Sequence record: NC_019526.1
Strand: one strand, 5' to 3'
Length of the DNA stretch: 64,000 nt
Positions 62,033-64,000 of the stretch are shown here, one piece after another (the first letter of the stretch is position 1; every line of letters starts with the position of its first letter). The position numbers and the translations under genes were made by a program. Below the pieces are notes generated by a model. That model did not search any database, was not told the DNA's origin, and saw only the letters and a program-made list of their open reading frames with translations.

Positions 62033-62617
62033 ATGTTAAGTACTTTTAAGCGAGTTTATTTAAGAAACAACAAAATGCAAGTTCGTTTACACAAAGACGA
62101 AGCTGATTCGTTTATGGCTAAAGCTATTGTTAAATCTGAATTGTACAAACGCCTTTCACCAAAAGAAAGCTCGCCATATGGATTTAATCACCCACACAGC
62201 CATTATGTTGGATTGGTGTGTGAACACGCTGCTTATGTGTTGTTCACGGAACTGGAAGAAATGACTGGCATCAAATACGATATCGATCCAGCATTCCAGA
62301 ATAGTAAAAGAGATGGTGAATGTGATTTAATTGTTAACAATCTACGTATAGAAGTGAAGGGTATTAAGTACAAATCATGGACTAATTATGGTCCGTGTAT
62401 CAGTACAAGACAATTGAAGAATATTGAGAAAAAAGCAGATATCATTCTGTGGGTTTTGTATAATGAAAAACGTCATGAATTTTCGTTTGAAGGTTTTAAT
62501 TATGTAAAAGATGTACATACTGTACCAGTTAAAATTACTGGTGCTAAAGGTAAACCACAAATTAAAAATCATCCAGTTATTGATATTATTAAACCATTAC
62601 AGGAATTACCAATATGA
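62033..62617 (+). CDS. Putative PD-(D/E)xK-fold nuclease-like protein
   Basis: GLVCEHAA...DGECDLIVNNLRIEVKG. Confidence 0.55.
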   Translation: MLSTFKRVYLRNNKMQVRLHKDEADSFMAKAIVKSELYKRLSPKESSPYGFNHPHSHYVGLVCEHAAYVLFTELEEMTGIKYDIDPAFQNSKRDGECDLIVNNLRIEVKGIKYKSWTNYGPCISTRQLKNIEKKADIILWVLYNEKRHEFSFEGFNYVKDVHTVPVKITGAKGKPQIKNHPVIDIIKPLQELPI

Positions 62618-62871
62618 TCAAATGTAATATCGTAGTGTATAATTATGAGATTAATTCACGCGATGGAAGTGAAGAATTAGTGAATTCATATTTAGAATAT
62701 GTAGTTAATTTTCCAGTACTGCCGGCGATTGGTTCTGAATTGAAAATTTATACATACAATGAAAAAGTATATGTAGTACTGGATATCGAATACAGAACAC
62801 GTATTATGGACTGTCATAATGTTGACAATCCAAGTACCATGGAAATTAATATCATTGTTAAGGAAGTATAA
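62614..62871 (+). CDS. Hypothetical protein (likely paralog of the next ORF)
   Basis: LPAIGSEL...VYVVLDIEY. Confidence 0.7.
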   Translation: MIKCNIVVYNYEINSRDGSEELVNSYLEYVVNFPVLPAIGSELKIYTYNEKVYVVLDIEYRTRIMDCHNVDNPSTMEINIIVKEV

Positions 62872-63113
62872 TGAACCAACAATACATGATTAAAGTGGTT
62901 TTGTACAAAAATGATAGTCAGAGAACTAAAATCTGTTCTTCTTATGTTCAGTCATTACCAAGAACCGGAGAACTTATTACAGTACTTAATGATAAATTCA
63001 TTGTTGAACAGATTGAACACACACTGTATCCAATTAGTACAACCGATACTGTTTCGTGGAATATGAATCAACATTCTGAATCTGGTATTGCTATTATTTG
63101 TACAAAAACATAA
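62871..63113 (+). CDS. Hypothetical protein
   Basis: LPRTGELI...FIVEQIEH. Confidence 0.7.
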   Translation: MNQQYMIKVVLYKNDSQRTKICSSYVQSLPRTGELITVLNDKFIVEQIEHTLYPISTTDTVSWNMNQHSESGIAIICTKT

Positions 63114-63123
63114 GGTACCACAT

Positions 63124-63570
63124 ATGATGTATTTTATATTTCTGTACTTAATATGTCACCTTGTTATTGTTACTATTATGGACAGACATTCACACTTTGG
63201 ATATAGTTATAAAGTTGCTAAGATTTATGGTTTTAAATCTTATTTTGTTGCACTATTTTATAGTTATATACTCGATCCAAAGTATATGATATTGTCTCTT
63301 ATACTACAAAAAGAAGCAAACATTGATACTATTTCTAAAATAGAATTCGTATGTAGGCGATTTCTTAATTCAGATGATAAATGTTCAGTTAAATTTCATT
63401 CGGATAAAGTTATTTTTGTATATAACAATGTATTCACTTGTGGTATTGAATTAAATCAGGTATTAGGTATAGTTGATATTTCATGGAATCATAACGTCAT
63501 TATGCATCCAAGAACTATCAAGCTAATAGAAGCATGTAAAATAAAAGTTGACAGCGACACAAAGAGATGA
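63124..63570 (+). CDS. Membrane protein
   Basis: Hydrophobic N-terminus; start moved to MMYF. Confidence 0.65.
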   Translation: MMYFIFLYLICHLVIVTIMDRHSHFGYSYKVAKIYGFKSYFVALFYSYILDPKYMILSLILQKEANIDTISKIEFVCRRFLNSDDKCSVKFHSDKVIFVYNNVFTCGIELNQVLGIVDISWNHNVIMHPRTIKLIEACKIKVDSDTKR

Positions 63571-63604
63571 TATTATATAGAATAAACATATTAAAGAGGT
63601 GTAT

Positions 63605-64000
63605 ATGGATGCTTTAGCTACTCTATTCAAACTGAATACTTCAGAAAAAGAAGGTTATTTGAGTATCAGTGATCTTGAAAATACAAGTGAATATATTTTC
63701 AAAAATACAATCAAAATTAAAGCGAATAAGGATAAAAGCAATACACATTTCACAAAATGGATTGCTTATTGGGAGGGTGTTAATTTCGCAGTTGAAATGA
63801 CAGTTCTACCAAAAGTATTAAGTACCGGATTTGTTAAAGTTGTTATTATTGATAAAAATCTTCGACCAATTTCAGAAATTGGTGAATACCCAGTTAAGGG
63901 TACTAAAGTTTTTGGTACCATGATCAATAATAAGTTCATGATCGAAAAAACAAAAACTCAATACATCAATCAGGTTATTTCTGAATTCGAGAACAAACCT
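63605..64000 (+). CDS. Hypothetical protein, 3'-partial
   Basis: GAGGTG RBS; frame is open to the window end. Confidence 0.7.
   Translation, partial: MDALATLFKLNTSEKEGYLSISDLENTSEYIFKNTIKIKANKDKSNTHFTKWIAYWEGVNFAVEMTVLPKVLSTGFVKVVIIDKNLRPISEIGEYPVKGTKVFGTMINNKFMIEKTKTQYINQVISEFENKP

Overview
AT-rich (roughly 30% GC by eye), densely coding, almost entirely + strand segment of a lytic jumbo myophage genome. The gene set resembles RaK2/GAP32-like enterobacterial jumbo phages; this is inferred from gene content, not from a database search. Positions 1-33 kb hold conserved core genes: NrdAB, DHFR, Dda helicase, split type II topoisomerase with an inserted homing endonuclease, clamp loader, baseplate protein, GroES, IF-3, ClpS, two T-holin-like genes and a mini-DnaE. 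Positions 33-64 kb are an accessory region of small ORFs, about 15 of which share a C-terminal E-E-x-x-F-Q-x-S-[TL]-[ILV]-x-D motif. It also holds a 6.4 kb RNA island (51.7-58.1 kb) with 7 tRNAs, 2 degenerate tRNAs and about a dozen unexplained structured RNAs. The most notable signals are: (1) three copies of an exactly 50-nt three-way-junction RNA with compensatory base changes; (2) several non-tRNA RNAs ending in a 6-bp acceptor-like stem plus ACCA; (3) a ~490-nt multi-pseudoknot RNA; (4) the FQxS paralog family; (5) roughly tenfold over-representation of the palindrome AGTACT in the stretches counted. All RNA folds were derived by manual base-pair inspection and all protein calls by motif recognition, with no searches run.
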